Positions 9,933 to 22,848 are shown, counted from the first letter of the stretch. The stretch is 64,000 nt of DNA from Planctomycetota bacterium (GCA_965228735.1 OZ245838.1:1248001-1312000); one strand, 5' to 3'. The notes: generated by a model not told the origin, from the sequence alone. Program-made: numbers and translations.

Positions 9933-11391
9933 GGGAAGAGTCGAAGAGCCATTCCTCGATACTGGTGAGATCGCTCTCGTCACTGACGACGAACAGCACG
10001 TCGCCGGCTTCGATCACGGTCGATCCGCGGGCGGCCAACGGTTCGCCAACCCGCAGGATCAGGACGACGGCGACCGACTCCGGCAGCCGGAGTTCTCGAA
10101 GCGCGGTGCCGCACGCCTTGGACGCGGGATCGACCGTGAACTCGTGGATCGATCGACCGGCGCGTTCCGCAAGCTGCAGCTCGAGTGTGCCGGAGCGCGC
10201 ACCGACACGGCGGCCGAGCCGGGACCGCAGCGCCGCGAACCGAATCGTCGCCCCCGGCACGATCGCGCTCACGACAACGACGAAGAAGACGATGTGAAAG
10301 ATGCGGTCGGCTCCTGGTAGCCCCTTCATCACCGGAAACGTTGCCAGGACGATGGGTACCGCTCCCCGCAAGCCGGTCCAGCTCACTAGCGCGATCTCGC
10401 GGGCCGGCCAACGGAACCAGCCGAGGCAGACGAACGTCGCGACGGGGCGGGCCACGAGCCCGAGCACGAGGCCGATCCCGATGCCGACCGCTGCTTCGGG
10501 CAGCAGACGGGACGGAAACACCAGCAGCCCGAGCATCAGGAACATCAACACCTGCGAGAGCCAGGCGATCGAGTCGTGCACGCGGCGCAGCCCATCCGCG
10601 AACGGCAGATGTCCGTTACCGAGCACGACCGCAGTCAGGAAGACCGCCAGGAACCCACTGCCGTAGACCAGGGTGCTGGCGCCGAACGCCGCGAGAGCAG
10701 CTGCGACGATCAACACCGGGTACATTCCCGTGGCGGTCAGTCGCACCGTGTTGATGAGGAATCGAAACAGGTAGCCGCATCCGAGACCGACGCCGGTGCC
10801 GATCACCAGCTGAAGGGGGATCTCGACGAACAGCCCGAGATCGAACGACCCGACGGCCAGTGCATCCGCCGCGGACAGCGTGAGGATCACGGCCATCGGA
10901 TCGTTCGCACAGGACTCGACCTCGATGGTGGACTGCAACTTGTCGTCGAGTCGGATGCCACTGCCGCGAAGAACACCGAAGACAGCAGCCGCATCCGTCG
11001 ACGAAACGATCGCGCCCACGAGAAGCGCGTCTCCCCACGGCAACCCGAAGAGCCGCGCGCCAACGGCGACGATCAACGCCGTCGCGGCAACCCCAACGGT
11101 CGCCAGCATGCCGGCCGGCGCCGCCGCAGAACGGACCGCAGACCAGCGCGTGTTCAGCCCGCCATCCAGGAGGATGAGGACGAGGGCGACGGTTCCGGCC
11201 CGGAACGCCAGATCGGACTTGTCGAACTCCAGGCCGCCGAGCCCCTCGGATCCCCCGAGCATTCCGACCACGAGGAACAGGAGCGGCGACGGCAGGCCCA
11301 CCCGATCGAGCCCGCGAGTTGCCAGGACACAGATCGTCAGGAGCACGCCGAACAACGCGATCATCGCGGCGGTCGACGACGGTTCGCTCAT
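9916..11391 (-). CDS. cvrA: K+/H+ antiporter (NhaP2/CvrA family) with C-terminal TrkA-C domain
   Basis: GMLGGSEGLGG, SSTDAAAVF, ESCANDPMA, GLRGAVPIVLA; about 12 TM. Confidence 0.88.
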   Translation of the reverse strand: MSEPSSTAAMIALFGVLLTICVLATRGLDRVGLPSPLLFLVVGMLGGSEGLGGLEFDKSDLAFRAGTVALVLILLDGGLNTRWSAVRSAAAPAGMLATVGVAATALIVAVGARLFGLPWGDALLVGAIVSSTDAAAVFGVLRGSGIRLDDKLQSTIEVESCANDPMAVILTLSAADALAVGSFDLGLFVEIPLQLVIGTGVGLGCGYLFRFLINTVRLTATGMYPVLIVAAALAAFGASTLVYGSGFLAVFLTAVVLGNGHLPFADGLRRVHDSIAWLSQVLMFLMLGLLVFPSRLLPEAAVGIGIGLVLGLVARPVATFVCLGWFRWPAREIALVSWTGLRGAVPIVLATFPVMKGLPGADRIFHIVFFVVVVSAIVPGATIRFAALRSRLGRRVGARSGTLELQLAERAGRSIHEFTVDPASKACGTALRELRLPESVAVVLILRVGEPLAARGSTVIEAGDVLFVVSDESDLTSIEEWLFDSSPTRPS

Positions 11392-11473
11392 TGCGATGCG
11401 ATCCAGCCCTCTCCTGGCGTCATCGGGAACGTGGCGGCCCCTGAAGATTCGAGCCGCGACACGGAATGCGGAA

Positions 11474-12709
11474 TCACACGTCCTTCTGGCGCACGCCGAC
11501 GACGAAGTTCAGCTCGATCTGCCCGTTGCTGCGCGACTCCTCGAAGTCGTCGACGATCATGATCGTCTTGTACTCACGGTCGATCGCGCCGGTCCAGACC
11601 TCGTTGGTGCCGGAGATCGTGATCGTCAGCTTGCCGTCGGGCAGGACGTTGTAGGTGCCCTGGTAGGTGAAGTCGATGCCGCCGCTGCCGGTCGCATCGA
11701 GGCGGAATGCGCCGGGCGACGCCCCCGAGGACGTGCCGAGCGTGAGCAGGCCGACGAACGAGTCCGAGCCCGGATTGGTCGGATCGACGAACGTCGTGTA
11801 GCCGCCGATGTAGAACGTGCCGTCGACCTCGTCCGGGTCGGCTGGCAGGCTCGGCGTGCTCGTGATGTCGAACTTGCGGATCATCATCGCGAGCCCGGCC
11901 TCGCCGTCGCCTTCCTCCTCGTCGAGCGCGAGCACGATGTCCGGGCTCGCCGCGCCGAGGAACGTGCGCGAATCGGTCGGCTGGTTGAGCAGCGTGTAGT
12001 CGAGGGTCAGGTTGCACGAGCCGTCGAACGTGCCCGACTGCTCGATGGCCTGGATCGTGCCGCCGAAGTCGAGCGTGCTCGTGCCCTGTTGGCCGTCCCC
12101 GTCGATCGCGCCCTGCGCGCCGCCCGCGCCGCCCGTGACGGTCAGCGAACCGAACGCCGCGCGCGCGACGCTCGTCGGCGACGACAACGTGCGATCGAAC
12201 ATCACGTGGATCGACCCGAGGTGCCACCCGTCGAGGTCGAAGTTCGGCGTGCCGCCGAACACGCGCGTGCCGACGAACAGCCCGATCGACGGCGAGTTGG
12301 TCGTCGTCACCCGGTCGGTGAAGAACACGTCGGCGATGCCCGGCGTCGCCCCCGTCAGCGTGTAGCCGCCGAGGAAGACGACCGACGGATCGCGCCCGAC
12401 ACCCGGCACGAGCACCGTGAGCTCGCCGGCCTCGGTCAGCGCGTAGGAGCCGTCGCCCTCGCCGCCCGTCGCCTGCGTGATGCGGTACGAGCTGTCGTCC
12501 GACATCGTGAACGTGCCGCGCGTGCTCACGACGTTGGCAGGGTCGATCGGCACCTCGACGAAGCCGGCGAGCGACCGCAGGCCGAACAGGTGGTGGGTCG
12601 CGGTGATCTGGACCTCGCTCTGCGGCGTGTCGTCGGAGCCGCCGCGCGCGCAGCCGAACGAGAGACCGACGAGCGGTAGTGCCGCGACCGAGAGCAGGAG
12701 TCTGTGCAT
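11474..12709 (-). CDS. Hypothetical beta-rich lipoprotein
   Basis: MHRLLLSVAALPLVGLSFGC lipobox; Thr/Gly-rich beta-strand sequence. Confidence 0.7.
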   Translation of the reverse strand: MHRLLLSVAALPLVGLSFGCARGGSDDTPQSEVQITATHHLFGLRSLAGFVEVPIDPANVVSTRGTFTMSDDSSYRITQATGGEGDGSYALTEAGELTVLVPGVGRDPSVVFLGGYTLTGATPGIADVFFTDRVTTTNSPSIGLFVGTRVFGGTPNFDLDGWHLGSIHVMFDRTLSSPTSVARAAFGSLTVTGGAGGAQGAIDGDGQQGTSTLDFGGTIQAIEQSGTFDGSCNLTLDYTLLNQPTDSRTFLGAASPDIVLALDEEEGDGEAGLAMMIRKFDITSTPSLPADPDEVDGTFYIGGYTTFVDPTNPGSDSFVGLLTLGTSSGASPGAFRLDATGSGGIDFTYQGTYNVLPDGKLTITISGTNEVWTGAIDREYKTIMIVDDFEESRSNGQIELNFVVGVRQKDV

Positions 12710-12893
12710 GCTGGGGGAGTTCAAGGCGAAGGAGTCTAACAGTCGCGATAGCCGCGCGCCGCATACTGGCAACCGCCGATGCCACCGGCGGACCGCAACC
12801 GGAACGCAGCCCGGCGATCCGCGCATTCGCGCGCGCAACGGGCATTCGACCCGGACTTGCAATCGCGGCAAGGACTCGGCGTAGTGTCCGGCC

Positions 12894-13937
12894 ATGGCGC
12901 GAGCGGTCGGACGGTTGGGCAGGACAGCGCGCGCGGCAGTCCTCGGCGCCGGTGCGGTGGTCGGCGTCATGGCCTGTACGATCGCCGGCTGCGTGAGCCA
13001 GCCGCGCTACTCGGGGCCGATGCCGGTGCGCAACCAACACCCGGCGCAGCTGACCGTCATGCACATGCCGCCCGCGAGCACGCAGACCCTGCCCGCGGGC
13101 CGCTTGACGACGCGCTTCGACGCGGCCTACTCGAGCCTGTTCCTCAGCGGCATCGGCCTCGCGCGCTCGTTCGCCATGGACGGCGAGTATCTGCGCTTCG
13201 GACCGACGCTGCGCACCGGCCTCGGCGGCGGCTTCGAACTCGGCGTCGAACTGCCGTTCGCGCACACGACTGGCGGGTTCCTCGACTCGTTCCTGATCCA
13301 GTATCACGACGTGTTCGCGCTGCCCGACCAGGACCGCGAGAGCGTCACGAACGACAACTTCCAGGTGACCGCCGTGCGCGACGGCAGCACGGTCTGGCAG
13401 GTCGAGAAGAGCGGCATCGAGCTGCTCGACGTGCCGATCTGGCTGACCTACGAGCTGCTCGAGCCCGAGAGCGGTCTCGGCCTCGCCGTGCGGACGGGCC
13501 TCGAGCTGCCGACCGGGGACGAAGAGACCGGCTATGGCAGCGGCGAGATCGACTGGTCGGTCGGCGTCCTGCTGGAACGTCACTTCGAGTCCGTGGCGCT
13601 CTACGGCCAGGCCCAGCACACGTTCGCCGGCACGCCGTCGATCGCGCGCCGCGGCGGCCTCGAGTTCCAGGACGTCACGAGCATCGCCCTCGGGATCGAG
13701 ATGCCGCTGCTGGAGAACCTGCACGCCTTCACGCAGGTCGAGTTCGAGACGTCGACGCTGCGCGACCTCGGCCTGCGCACGACCGAGCGGGAACAGGTCC
13801 TGATCTGGGCCGGCGGCCGTTACGGCTTCGGCGCCGAGCAGCGCTGCGCCATCGAGTTCGGCATCGGCGAGGACCTGCGCGGCTACGCCAGCCCGGACGT
13901 CACGGTGTGGCTCGGCTTCCGGGCCATGGGGCTCTGA
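12894..13937 (+). CDS. Putative outer-membrane beta-barrel protein (DUF3187-like)
   Basis: PMPVRNQHP, GGFLDSFLIQYHDVFALP, ELPTGD..GYGSG, EDL...SPD resemble DUF3187 proteins. Confidence 0.6.
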   Translation: MARAVGRLGRTARAAVLGAGAVVGVMACTIAGCVSQPRYSGPMPVRNQHPAQLTVMHMPPASTQTLPAGRLTTRFDAAYSSLFLSGIGLARSFAMDGEYLRFGPTLRTGLGGGFELGVELPFAHTTGGFLDSFLIQYHDVFALPDQDRESVTNDNFQVTAVRDGSTVWQVEKSGIELLDVPIWLTYELLEPESGLGLAVRTGLELPTGDEETGYGSGEIDWSVGVLLERHFESVALYGQAQHTFAGTPSIARRGGLEFQDVTSIALGIEMPLLENLHAFTQVEFETSTLRDLGLRTTEREQVLIWAGGRYGFGAEQRCAIEFGIGEDLRGYASPDVTVWLGFRAMGL

Positions 13938-14142
13938 GGCGCGCAACTCCGGCGTTCGCGGCCGCTGTGGCTCCCCCGTCGTGTTTTACATAACATATCT
14001 TATCGGAACCCGCGTCGGTCGAGCGCCGCAGCTCCGACAGACCCCGAAACGACCCCAGGATCGTTCCGCAAGAGTATGACCGACAGTCGGTTGCGGATGC
14101 TTTGCGAGCATCCACACGCAAGGCATCAGTCAGGAGCGCAGT

Positions 14143-16227
14143 TCACACGCTGGCGCCGGCCTTGCCAGCGAGCCTCTCCGCCTGGTCCGTGAGCGCGACC
14201 TGCAGGCTCGTGAAGCCCGCGTACGACACGGTGCGGGCCGAGATCCCGGCCTCGCGTGCGAGCTCGAGCGCCGGCTCGGTCGTCTCGTGCCGGTTCCAGT
14301 GCAGCAGGAGCAGCAGGTCGACCCCGTTCTTCAGCCGGTCCGCGATCGCCGAGACCGTCTTCTGCGGTGACGTGTAGTTCGTCTCGAGCCATTCGGCCTC
14401 GAAGTGCCAATCGTCGGCCAGCTTGGCGAGCCGGCCGTGGTGCCGGCGCTGGCGTTCGTTGCCGCCCACGACGAGAACCTTGGCCGGGCGGCCGAGCGCG
14501 GCCTCGAGGCTGGCCATGGCGCCAGCTCCGCCGGCCGCGGTCGTCGGGCTCGTGCCGCCGAGATCGAGCAGCTTCTCGAGCGCCGCGAGGTCGTCGCTGG
14601 CGAGTTCGGGGTTGGTGCACGCGACCTCCTCGAGCAGACCGTGCGCCTGGCGCAGCGACTCCTCGTCCTTGCGCGCCCGCAGCGACCGCGCGATGGCGAC
14701 CATGAGCTGCGCGCGTTCGTAGTCGCGACCTTCCATCTCCTCGAGCACGGCGACGAGCTCGACCTTGATCTCCTGGTGATCGAGCGCCTGCCCGATGAAC
14801 TCCTCGGTGTGCAGCAGGTTCTCGAGCACGTCGAACTTGCCGCGCTGCATCAGCAGCTCGCGGATCTCGCCGAAGCACGAACGGGCGGCGTCGCGGTTGC
14901 CGCGCATGTTGTGCGCCGTCATCACGACGCGCAGCGCCTCGAGGCGCTGGTCGAGATCGATCGCGACCTCGAGCACGCGTTCGGCGGCCAGCAGCGCCGC
15001 GTCGGCTTCGCCGAGGCCCTGGTATTCGAGCGCCACGAACAGCAGCTGGTCGGGTGACGTGCCGCGTCCCACATCGACGGCGTCGAGGAAGCGCAGCGCG
15101 AGCTTGCGGTCGTGCTTCTTGAGCTCCTCGTGCACCGAGTAGAACGTCTCGAGATCCGGCTTGACGGTCTCGAGCGCCTGCTCCATGAGTTTGAGCGCGC
15201 GGGTCGTCTCGGTCGCGTCGCCGAGCGCGAGCAGCGCTGCGGCCGCGAAGAAGCGCGCGCGGTGGCGCAACACGACGTCGCGGCCCTCGAGCCGGCGCAA
15301 CCCGCCGAGCGCGCGCTCGAAGCCCTTGGCGGCGACCGTGAGGTCTCCGCTCTCGTACGCGAGCAGCGCGCGCAGGTAGAGCGCTTCGGGCACCGCGAGG
15401 TCGGGATCGTCGGCGACGTGCTGCAGGCGTTCGAGAACGGCATCACGTTCGGCCCGCTCCTGGTGCGGCTCGACGGTCTCGACGTCGTGCTCCCGCATCG
15501 CGGCGAGCGCAGCCGTGACGTTCGCGGCGCTCGTGATCGCCGACGGTTCACCCGCGAGCTCGATCGCCTTCTCCGCGGTCTCGATCGCCATGTCCCACTC
15601 GCTCGCGGCGAGCAGGCGCTCGGCCAAGGCGCGGTGATAGCGTGCCTGCACGTCGTCCGGGAGCCGGTCGAACGACGCGAGCCCGAGGATGCGCCCGAGG
15701 ATGGACGCGGTGCTCTCCTGGTCGTCCGTGTCGACGCGGGTCTCGAGGCGCGTCAGCAGGTCCGTCACCGCGGCATCGACGATCGTCTGCAGCTGCGGGC
15801 TGCTCTCCGCCGCGAGGAACTGGATCGCGCGCACCGCGGCCTTGACGTCCCCCGACCAGAACAGCGACCGAACGACGAGCGGCAGCACGTTCCCGGCGAC
15901 GCTCGCGTCGGTCAGCAGATCGAGCAGCGTTTGCGGATTCTTGACGATCTCGGCGATCTCCTCGCGATGGCCCTTGCGGTCACACGCGCGCAGTTGACCG
16001 TAGAGCGCCCACCGCCGGGTCTCGTCGTCGCTCTCGGGTTGCGGCAACTCGATCTCGAGCAGCCGCGTCGCATACCCACCGAGGAACGCCGCGCCGGCGG
16101 TCGCGCCGGCGAGCGCGACGTAGTCGGCGAGTTGCTGCGTCACGGCGTCGACCTTCTGCTCGCCCTTCTCGGCGGCATGGATCTGTTGCAGAAGCAAACG
16201 AACGAGCGGGGTTTCCCAGACCATCAT
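14143..16227 (-). CDS. Helical-repeat (TPR-like) protein with C-terminal alpha/beta domain (DUF2325-like)
   Basis: 694-aa ORF with strong codon bias; helical repeats; C-terminal KVLVVGG...DLLLLLHWNRH. Confidence 0.6.
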   Translation of the reverse strand: MMVWETPLVRLLLQQIHAAEKGEQKVDAVTQQLADYVALAGATAGAAFLGGYATRLLEIELPQPESDDETRRWALYGQLRACDRKGHREEIAEIVKNPQTLLDLLTDASVAGNVLPLVVRSLFWSGDVKAAVRAIQFLAAESSPQLQTIVDAAVTDLLTRLETRVDTDDQESTASILGRILGLASFDRLPDDVQARYHRALAERLLAASEWDMAIETAEKAIELAGEPSAITSAANVTAALAAMREHDVETVEPHQERAERDAVLERLQHVADDPDLAVPEALYLRALLAYESGDLTVAAKGFERALGGLRRLEGRDVVLRHRARFFAAAALLALGDATETTRALKLMEQALETVKPDLETFYSVHEELKKHDRKLALRFLDAVDVGRGTSPDQLLFVALEYQGLGEADAALLAAERVLEVAIDLDQRLEALRVVMTAHNMRGNRDAARSCFGEIRELLMQRGKFDVLENLLHTEEFIGQALDHQEIKVELVAVLEEMEGRDYERAQLMVAIARSLRARKDEESLRQAHGLLEEVACTNPELASDDLAALEKLLDLGGTSPTTAAGGAGAMASLEAALGRPAKVLVVGGNERQRRHHGRLAKLADDWHFEAEWLETNYTSPQKTVSAIADRLKNGVDLLLLLHWNRHETTEPALELAREAGISARTVSYAGFTSLQVALTDQAERLAGKAGASV

Positions 16228-16370
16228 TGGAGCAGACCTCCACAGTTGGATCCGTAGCGGCGAGATCCGCTACACCCCGGAGCTATCGGCTGCCGCTGTG
16301 GGTTCTTCCCAACCGGACCGCGTGGCCGCGGTGCCATCGGCCGAATGAACGCCGCGCTGGCGCGCGGCCC

Positions 16371-18086
16371 CTACCCGAGCAGCGCGCGGGCGTCGGCCGG
16401 CAGCACGACGACCGGCCCGGCGAACCGAGGTCCGTCGGCGAGCGCGCCGAGCAGGAGGTCGCCGACGCAGAGCTGCGCGAGCACGTCGCCGTCGACCTCG
16501 AGCCAGTGGCCGTCGCCCTCGTCCGTGCGCATGCCGAACCCGTCGCCGAGGATCTCCTCGATCTCGAACATCGCCGGGCGCGAACCCGCGGCCTCGGGCG
16601 TGGAGAGCTTGCGGCCGGCGGTGGTGAGGCGGTCGAGCTGATCGAGCAGCGCCCCGCGGCAACCCGTGAGCTGGTCCTCGACGTCGAGCTCCTGGGTCGT
16701 CTTCACCCACGCGTAGAACTGCTCGAACGCCGCATAGGCCGCGCGCACCGCCCCGCTCCGTTCGGCGGGCGGCGCGCCGAGGAATACGTGCAGCAGAACG
16801 CGCATGAGGTCCTCGCCCGTCACGAGGTCGAGGTCGACGCGCGGAACTGCGGCGTTGCCCTGCAGCTCGACCCAGGTGCGCAGTGTCTGCTGCACCACCT
16901 CGTCGGGCTCGGTCTCCCACAGGAACTCCTCGACGAGCGGCGTGAGATCGCCCCCACCCGGCCGCGCCGCCGATTCGTCGCCGTCGGCGGCCGGTCCGTC
17001 GAACGGGTTGCTGCCGTCGTCGGCGCTGCCGGGTTCGAGGCCCGCCATCTCCTCGAGCTCCGCGAACACGCCGTCGAGGTCACGCGAACTGCGCAGGCCG
17101 TCGTCGAGGTGACGCACCATGCGCTCCCCCAGCGTCTCGCCGGGCGGTCCCTCGGATCGCTCCGCCCGGCCCGCATCACCGGCCGGGCCATCGGGCCGCT
17201 GCACCTCGGGGTGGTGCGAATTCCAGATCTCGAGCAGGACGCGCCGCACCGCGTCGAGGTCGGCCTCGGTCTCGAACGCGACCTCGTCGAGCAACGGCCC
17301 CATCACGACACCCGGACGTTCGGTCCGCGCGAGCCGTTCGCTGATCTCGGTCGCCGACCACTGGCGATCGTCGCCCGCGGTCCGGTAGTTCTGCAGCAGC
17401 CCGTCGAGGCGCGCCTCGAGCCGCTCGAGCGGCTCGCCCACGGGCGCTGGCTTCGCGGTGCCGGTGGCAGTCGCTCGCGCCGCCGATCGCGCTGTCGATT
17501 CCCGCTCGGCCCGGTCGCGTTCTCGCTGCGCCTGCTCCTGCGGACGCAGCAGCACGTGTTCGAGCTCGACCTGCTGCAGCCGCCGATCGAGTTCGAGCCG
17601 CTGGACGTCGTGCGCGAACGCCTCGCCGAGCGAGCCACCGGGCCGGAAGATCGACGCGACCGTCGACGGCAACCAACGGCCCGTGCCGACCACGTAGAGC
17701 CGCCCCACCACGAGATCCCCCACCGCGAGCGACCCGGTCGGCACGACGAGGTCGAGCATCTGGTCGTCCTGCAGGTCCTTGGCCGTGGCGCAGTCGGTCG
17801 CCACACCGACGACCGCGAACGCGCCCACGAGCGAGCCCGCCACGGACTCGTCGGCATCGAGGCGAGTCACATCGGCGGGGACGTCACCGAGCACTTCGCT
17901 CTGCCGCTCGAGGACGAACCACTCGAGGAACCGCCGTTCGGCCGCCGCGTGCGCCGCCACGGCACCCTCGCCGTGGAACTCGCGCCGGGCGCGTTGCAAC
18001 TCGGCCTCGATGTGGGGCTCCGCGAGCACGCGCTCGACCAGCGCCGTCAGCGCCGCGTCGATGGCTTGCTGCTCGTTGTCGTCCAT
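16371..18086 (-). CDS. Hypothetical protein
   Basis: Acidic 571-aa ORF from ATG 18086 with normal codon bias. Confidence 0.65.
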   Translation of the reverse strand: MDDNEQQAIDAALTALVERVLAEPHIEAELQRARREFHGEGAVAAHAAAERRFLEWFVLERQSEVLGDVPADVTRLDADESVAGSLVGAFAVVGVATDCATAKDLQDDQMLDLVVPTGSLAVGDLVVGRLYVVGTGRWLPSTVASIFRPGGSLGEAFAHDVQRLELDRRLQQVELEHVLLRPQEQAQRERDRAERESTARSAARATATGTAKPAPVGEPLERLEARLDGLLQNYRTAGDDRQWSATEISERLARTERPGVVMGPLLDEVAFETEADLDAVRRVLLEIWNSHHPEVQRPDGPAGDAGRAERSEGPPGETLGERMVRHLDDGLRSSRDLDGVFAELEEMAGLEPGSADDGSNPFDGPAADGDESAARPGGGDLTPLVEEFLWETEPDEVVQQTLRTWVELQGNAAVPRVDLDLVTGEDLMRVLLHVFLGAPPAERSGAVRAAYAAFEQFYAWVKTTQELDVEDQLTGCRGALLDQLDRLTTAGRKLSTPEAAGSRPAMFEIEEILGDGFGMRTDEGDGHWLEVDGDVLAQLCVGDLLLGALADGPRFAGPVVVLPADARALLG

Positions 18087-18313
18087 CCGCGCAAGGCTCG
18101 CAGGCCGCGCCCCGATTTGCAAACGGGGGCGCCTCCGGACTCGCCTCCGGAAGGCCGGAACGGCACAATGGGGCCGTGGTCGGTCAGACACTTTGGCGCG
18201 TGCCGCGGCGCGTTCCGCAGGCGCCCGGAGGCCCGCTCCAGCAGGGCGGGGCGGAGTCCCCCGCGGTTCTCGAGGGTGCTGGCGGTGGCGATGGCACCGC
18301 GGCGACGGAGACC

Positions 18314-19045
18314 GTGCCCGACATCCTCGCGGCGCTGCAGGCCCTCGGCTGGGTCGACCTCACGGCGGTCGCCCTGCTGCTCGTGTTCTGCGTGATCGGC
18401 CTCTTCAAGGGCCTGTTCTGGCAGATCAGTCGCATCGGCATCCTGCTCGTCGCCTACGCGGTGGCCGGCCGCTTCGGCGGCGATGTCGGCACCTGGCTCG
18501 CCCACGATCTGGCGCGCTCCGGGGCCGACCGACCCGCGACCGTGCCGAACGCCGACGGCAGCGCGACGACCCTCGGCGCGGGCCCGGACACGATCGTCTA
18601 CCTGTCGTACCTGCTGGTGTTCCTCGGCGTCGTCATCGTGCTGAGTCTGATCGCGATGCAGGTGCAGAAGATGCTGAGCAAGTCGGGGATGACGTTCTTC
18701 GATCGCCTGTTCGGCGGCGTGTTCGGTGTCGCCACCGGTGCTTGCACGGTGCTCGCGCTGCTGTTCGTCGTGAACATGTTCTTCCGCGAGACGCACCTCG
18801 GCACCGTCGTTCAAGCCTCACACTCACAGCGGCTGTCGCGTGACGCGATCAACTGGCTCGGCCCACGCGTGCCTGACGAGCTCCGCGGCGCGCTGTACCT
18901 GACCCCGCTGCGGGCGCGCCATCGGCCCGGGGGCGGCGGCCCCGCGGACGGCGACTTCGCACCATCACGGCAGGGCCCCGGCAGTCCTGAGCCCGCGATC
19001 ACGCCGCCCGCGACGCCCCCCGAGAACACGGGCACCGGGCGCTGA
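18314..19045 (+). CDS. CvpA family (colicin V production) membrane protein
   Basis: WVDL...GLFKGL, FDRLFGGVFG motifs; 4 TM. Confidence 0.8.
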   Translation: MPDILAALQALGWVDLTAVALLLVFCVIGLFKGLFWQISRIGILLVAYAVAGRFGGDVGTWLAHDLARSGADRPATVPNADGSATTLGAGPDTIVYLSYLLVFLGVVIVLSLIAMQVQKMLSKSGMTFFDRLFGGVFGVATGACTVLALLFVVNMFFRETHLGTVVQASHSQRLSRDAINWLGPRVPDELRGALYLTPLRARHRPGGGGPADGDFAPSRQGPGSPEPAITPPATPPENTGTGR

Positions 19046-19097
19046 ACGATTCGGCTTGCCAACGCCATTGGTCCGCCCGACGATCGTGCGTCGAAAT

Positions 19098-20765
<1,668 letters not shown>

Positions 20766-20800
20766 GCCGACGAGTCGACCGCGCTGACGCCGGCGCTGAC

Positions 20801-22000
20801 TCAATCGGCCTCCGTCGACATCCGCGGCAGCTCGACCCAGAACGTGCTGCCGCGGCCAACCGCGCTGCGCACGCCGACGTCGCCACCGATGCCGCGGACG
20901 GTGTTCTTGACGATCGACAGTCCGAGGCCCGTGCCCCCGAGTTCGCGCGAACGCGCGCGGTCGACGCGGTAGAAGCGCTCGAACACTCGCCCCTGATCTT
21001 CCGGCGACAGACCGATGCCGGAGTCTGCGACCTCGAGGCGACACCCGTCGCCATGCGACCGCAACGTGACGTTCACCGTGCCGCCCTCGGACGTGTATTT
21101 GATCGCGTTGTCGACGAGATTGCCGACGACCTGGCGCAGCCCCTCGCGTTCGGCGCGCACGAAGAGCGGCCCATCGGGCAGGTCCGCAGCCAGCTGGATG
21201 CCCTTGCGCTCGGCGAGCGACGCGAGGTCGCGCACCGTCTCCTGGGTCACGATCCTGAGATCGCACGGCTGGAAGCGCTCGCGGCCGACCTCGACCTCGT
21301 CGAGCCGCGACAGCGTCAGCAGATCGCCGACCAGCGTGTTGAGGCGCTCGCTCTGCGTGCTGATGCGTTCGAGGAAGCGCTTGCGCGTCCCCGCCGGCAT
21401 CTTCGGATCATCACGCATGGTCTCGACGAAGCCCTTGATCGCCGCGAGCGGCGTCTTGAGCTCGTGCGACACGTTGGCGACGAAGTCGCGCCGCATCGAC
21501 TCCAGGCGCTTCAAGCGACTCTCGTCGCGAACCGATACGACGTAGCCGAGCCCACCGAGCGACCGCACGCGGACCGCCAGACTGCGCTCTTCACCGCGCT
21601 CCGCATCGACGAGTTCGAACTCCACCGCGGGCGCGTCACGCTCCCCGCTGGCCCGGCCGAGGTCCTCGAGCGCGACCTCGAGCTGACCCCAGGGCAACAC
21701 GTCGGCGAACCGATGGCCGCCGGGCTTGCGCTCCGCGAGTCCGAGGAGATCCCGCGCGGCCTGGTTCCACTCGACCACCCGCCGGTCGACATCGAGCAGC
21801 AGAACGGCGTCCCTCGTGCCGGCGAGACCGGCACGGAGACGCGCGGTCTCCATGCCGCGGCGATAGACCTCCTGCTGGAGTTCTTCGATCCCGGCGGTCA
21901 GCTCCGCGACCGATTCCCGGTCGCCTCGACGCGCCCGCACCTGCAGAAGCAGCAGCGCAACGGCCACTCCGAAGAGGGCCCCGAACACGCCGGCCATCAT
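20801..22000 (-). CDS. PAS-domain sensor histidine kinase, PhoR-like
   Basis: RRDFVANVSHELKTPL H-box, NLVDNAIKY, DSGIG, FERFYRVDRARSRELGGTGLGLSIVK. Confidence 0.9.
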   Translation of the reverse strand: MMAGVFGALFGVAVALLLLQVRARRGDRESVAELTAGIEELQQEVYRRGMETARLRAGLAGTRDAVLLLDVDRRVVEWNQAARDLLGLAERKPGGHRFADVLPWGQLEVALEDLGRASGERDAPAVEFELVDAERGEERSLAVRVRSLGGLGYVVSVRDESRLKRLESMRRDFVANVSHELKTPLAAIKGFVETMRDDPKMPAGTRKRFLERISTQSERLNTLVGDLLTLSRLDEVEVGRERFQPCDLRIVTQETVRDLASLAERKGIQLAADLPDGPLFVRAEREGLRQVVGNLVDNAIKYTSEGGTVNVTLRSHGDGCRLEVADSGIGLSPEDQGRVFERFYRVDRARSRELGGTGLGLSIVKNTVRGIGGDVGVRSAVGRGSTFWVELPRMSTEAD

Positions 22001-22071
22001 GGACGCCTCCCGGGCCCGGCCCTCGGCGCCAATGCGGTCTCGCGGTGTTCGGTCTCTTCGTGGCTCAGCGG

Positions 22072-22773
22072 CTACCTCGCAGCGTCGGCGAAACGATAGC
22101 CGACACCCCGCACCGTCTCGATGAGTGTCTGCTCCTCGCCGAGTTTCTGGCGCAGCGCCCGGACGTGAACATCGATGTTGCGGTCGGTCACGATCGCGTC
22201 CTCGCCGATCACGCGGCTGAGGAGATGAGACCGCGGAAAGACGCGACCGGGATGCGACGCGAGGACGTGCAGGAGCCGCATCTCGGTCGGCGTCAGCGAC
22301 AGCAGACGGTCACCGAGTTGGGCTTCGTGCCGACCGAGGTCGATCGTGAGATCACCGCGGACGACCCGATCCGAGGCGCCGCCGCTGTCCTCCCGCAGGG
22401 GCCCGCGGCGCAACACCACCTTGACGCGGGCGACGAGCTCGCGCGGACTGAACGGCTTGGCGATGTAGTCGTCCGCGCCGATCCCTAGACCCAGGATGAT
22501 GTCGCTCTCCTCACCCTTGGCCGTCACCATGATGACGGGGATCGAGCGCGTGACCGGATCACTCTTGACGGTCCGGCAGACCTCGACGCCGTCCATGCCG
22601 GGCAGCATCAGATCGAGGATCACGAGATCGGGGTTGTCGGTCCGGATCCGACTCAACCCCTGTTCACCGTCTCGACACGCGATGACCTTGTGGCCCTCGC
22701 GTTCGAGGTTGTACTGCATGACTTCGAGGATGTCCGGCTCGTCCTCGATGACCAGGATCTTGGGCTTTACCAC
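22072..22773 (-). CDS. OmpR-family response regulator, PhoB-like
   Basis: ILVIEDE, LDLMLPGMDG, GADDYIAKPF, DRNIDVHVRALR, ETVRGVGYRF. Confidence 0.92.
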   Translation of the reverse strand: MVKPKILVIEDEPDILEVMQYNLEREGHKVIACRDGEQGLSRIRTDNPDLVILDLMLPGMDGVEVCRTVKSDPVTRSIPVIMVTAKGEESDIILGLGIGADDYIAKPFSPRELVARVKVVLRRGPLREDSGGASDRVVRGDLTIDLGRHEAQLGDRLLSLTPTEMRLLHVLASHPGRVFPRSHLLSRVIGEDAIVTDRNIDVHVRALRQKLGEEQTLIETVRGVGYRFADAAR

Positions 22774-22848
22774 GCGCTTCGTTGCAGGGCCGATGGAAAG
22801 GAACGACCTCACCCTAGCTCGACCGGCAAAGATATCGTTAAGAGGCCG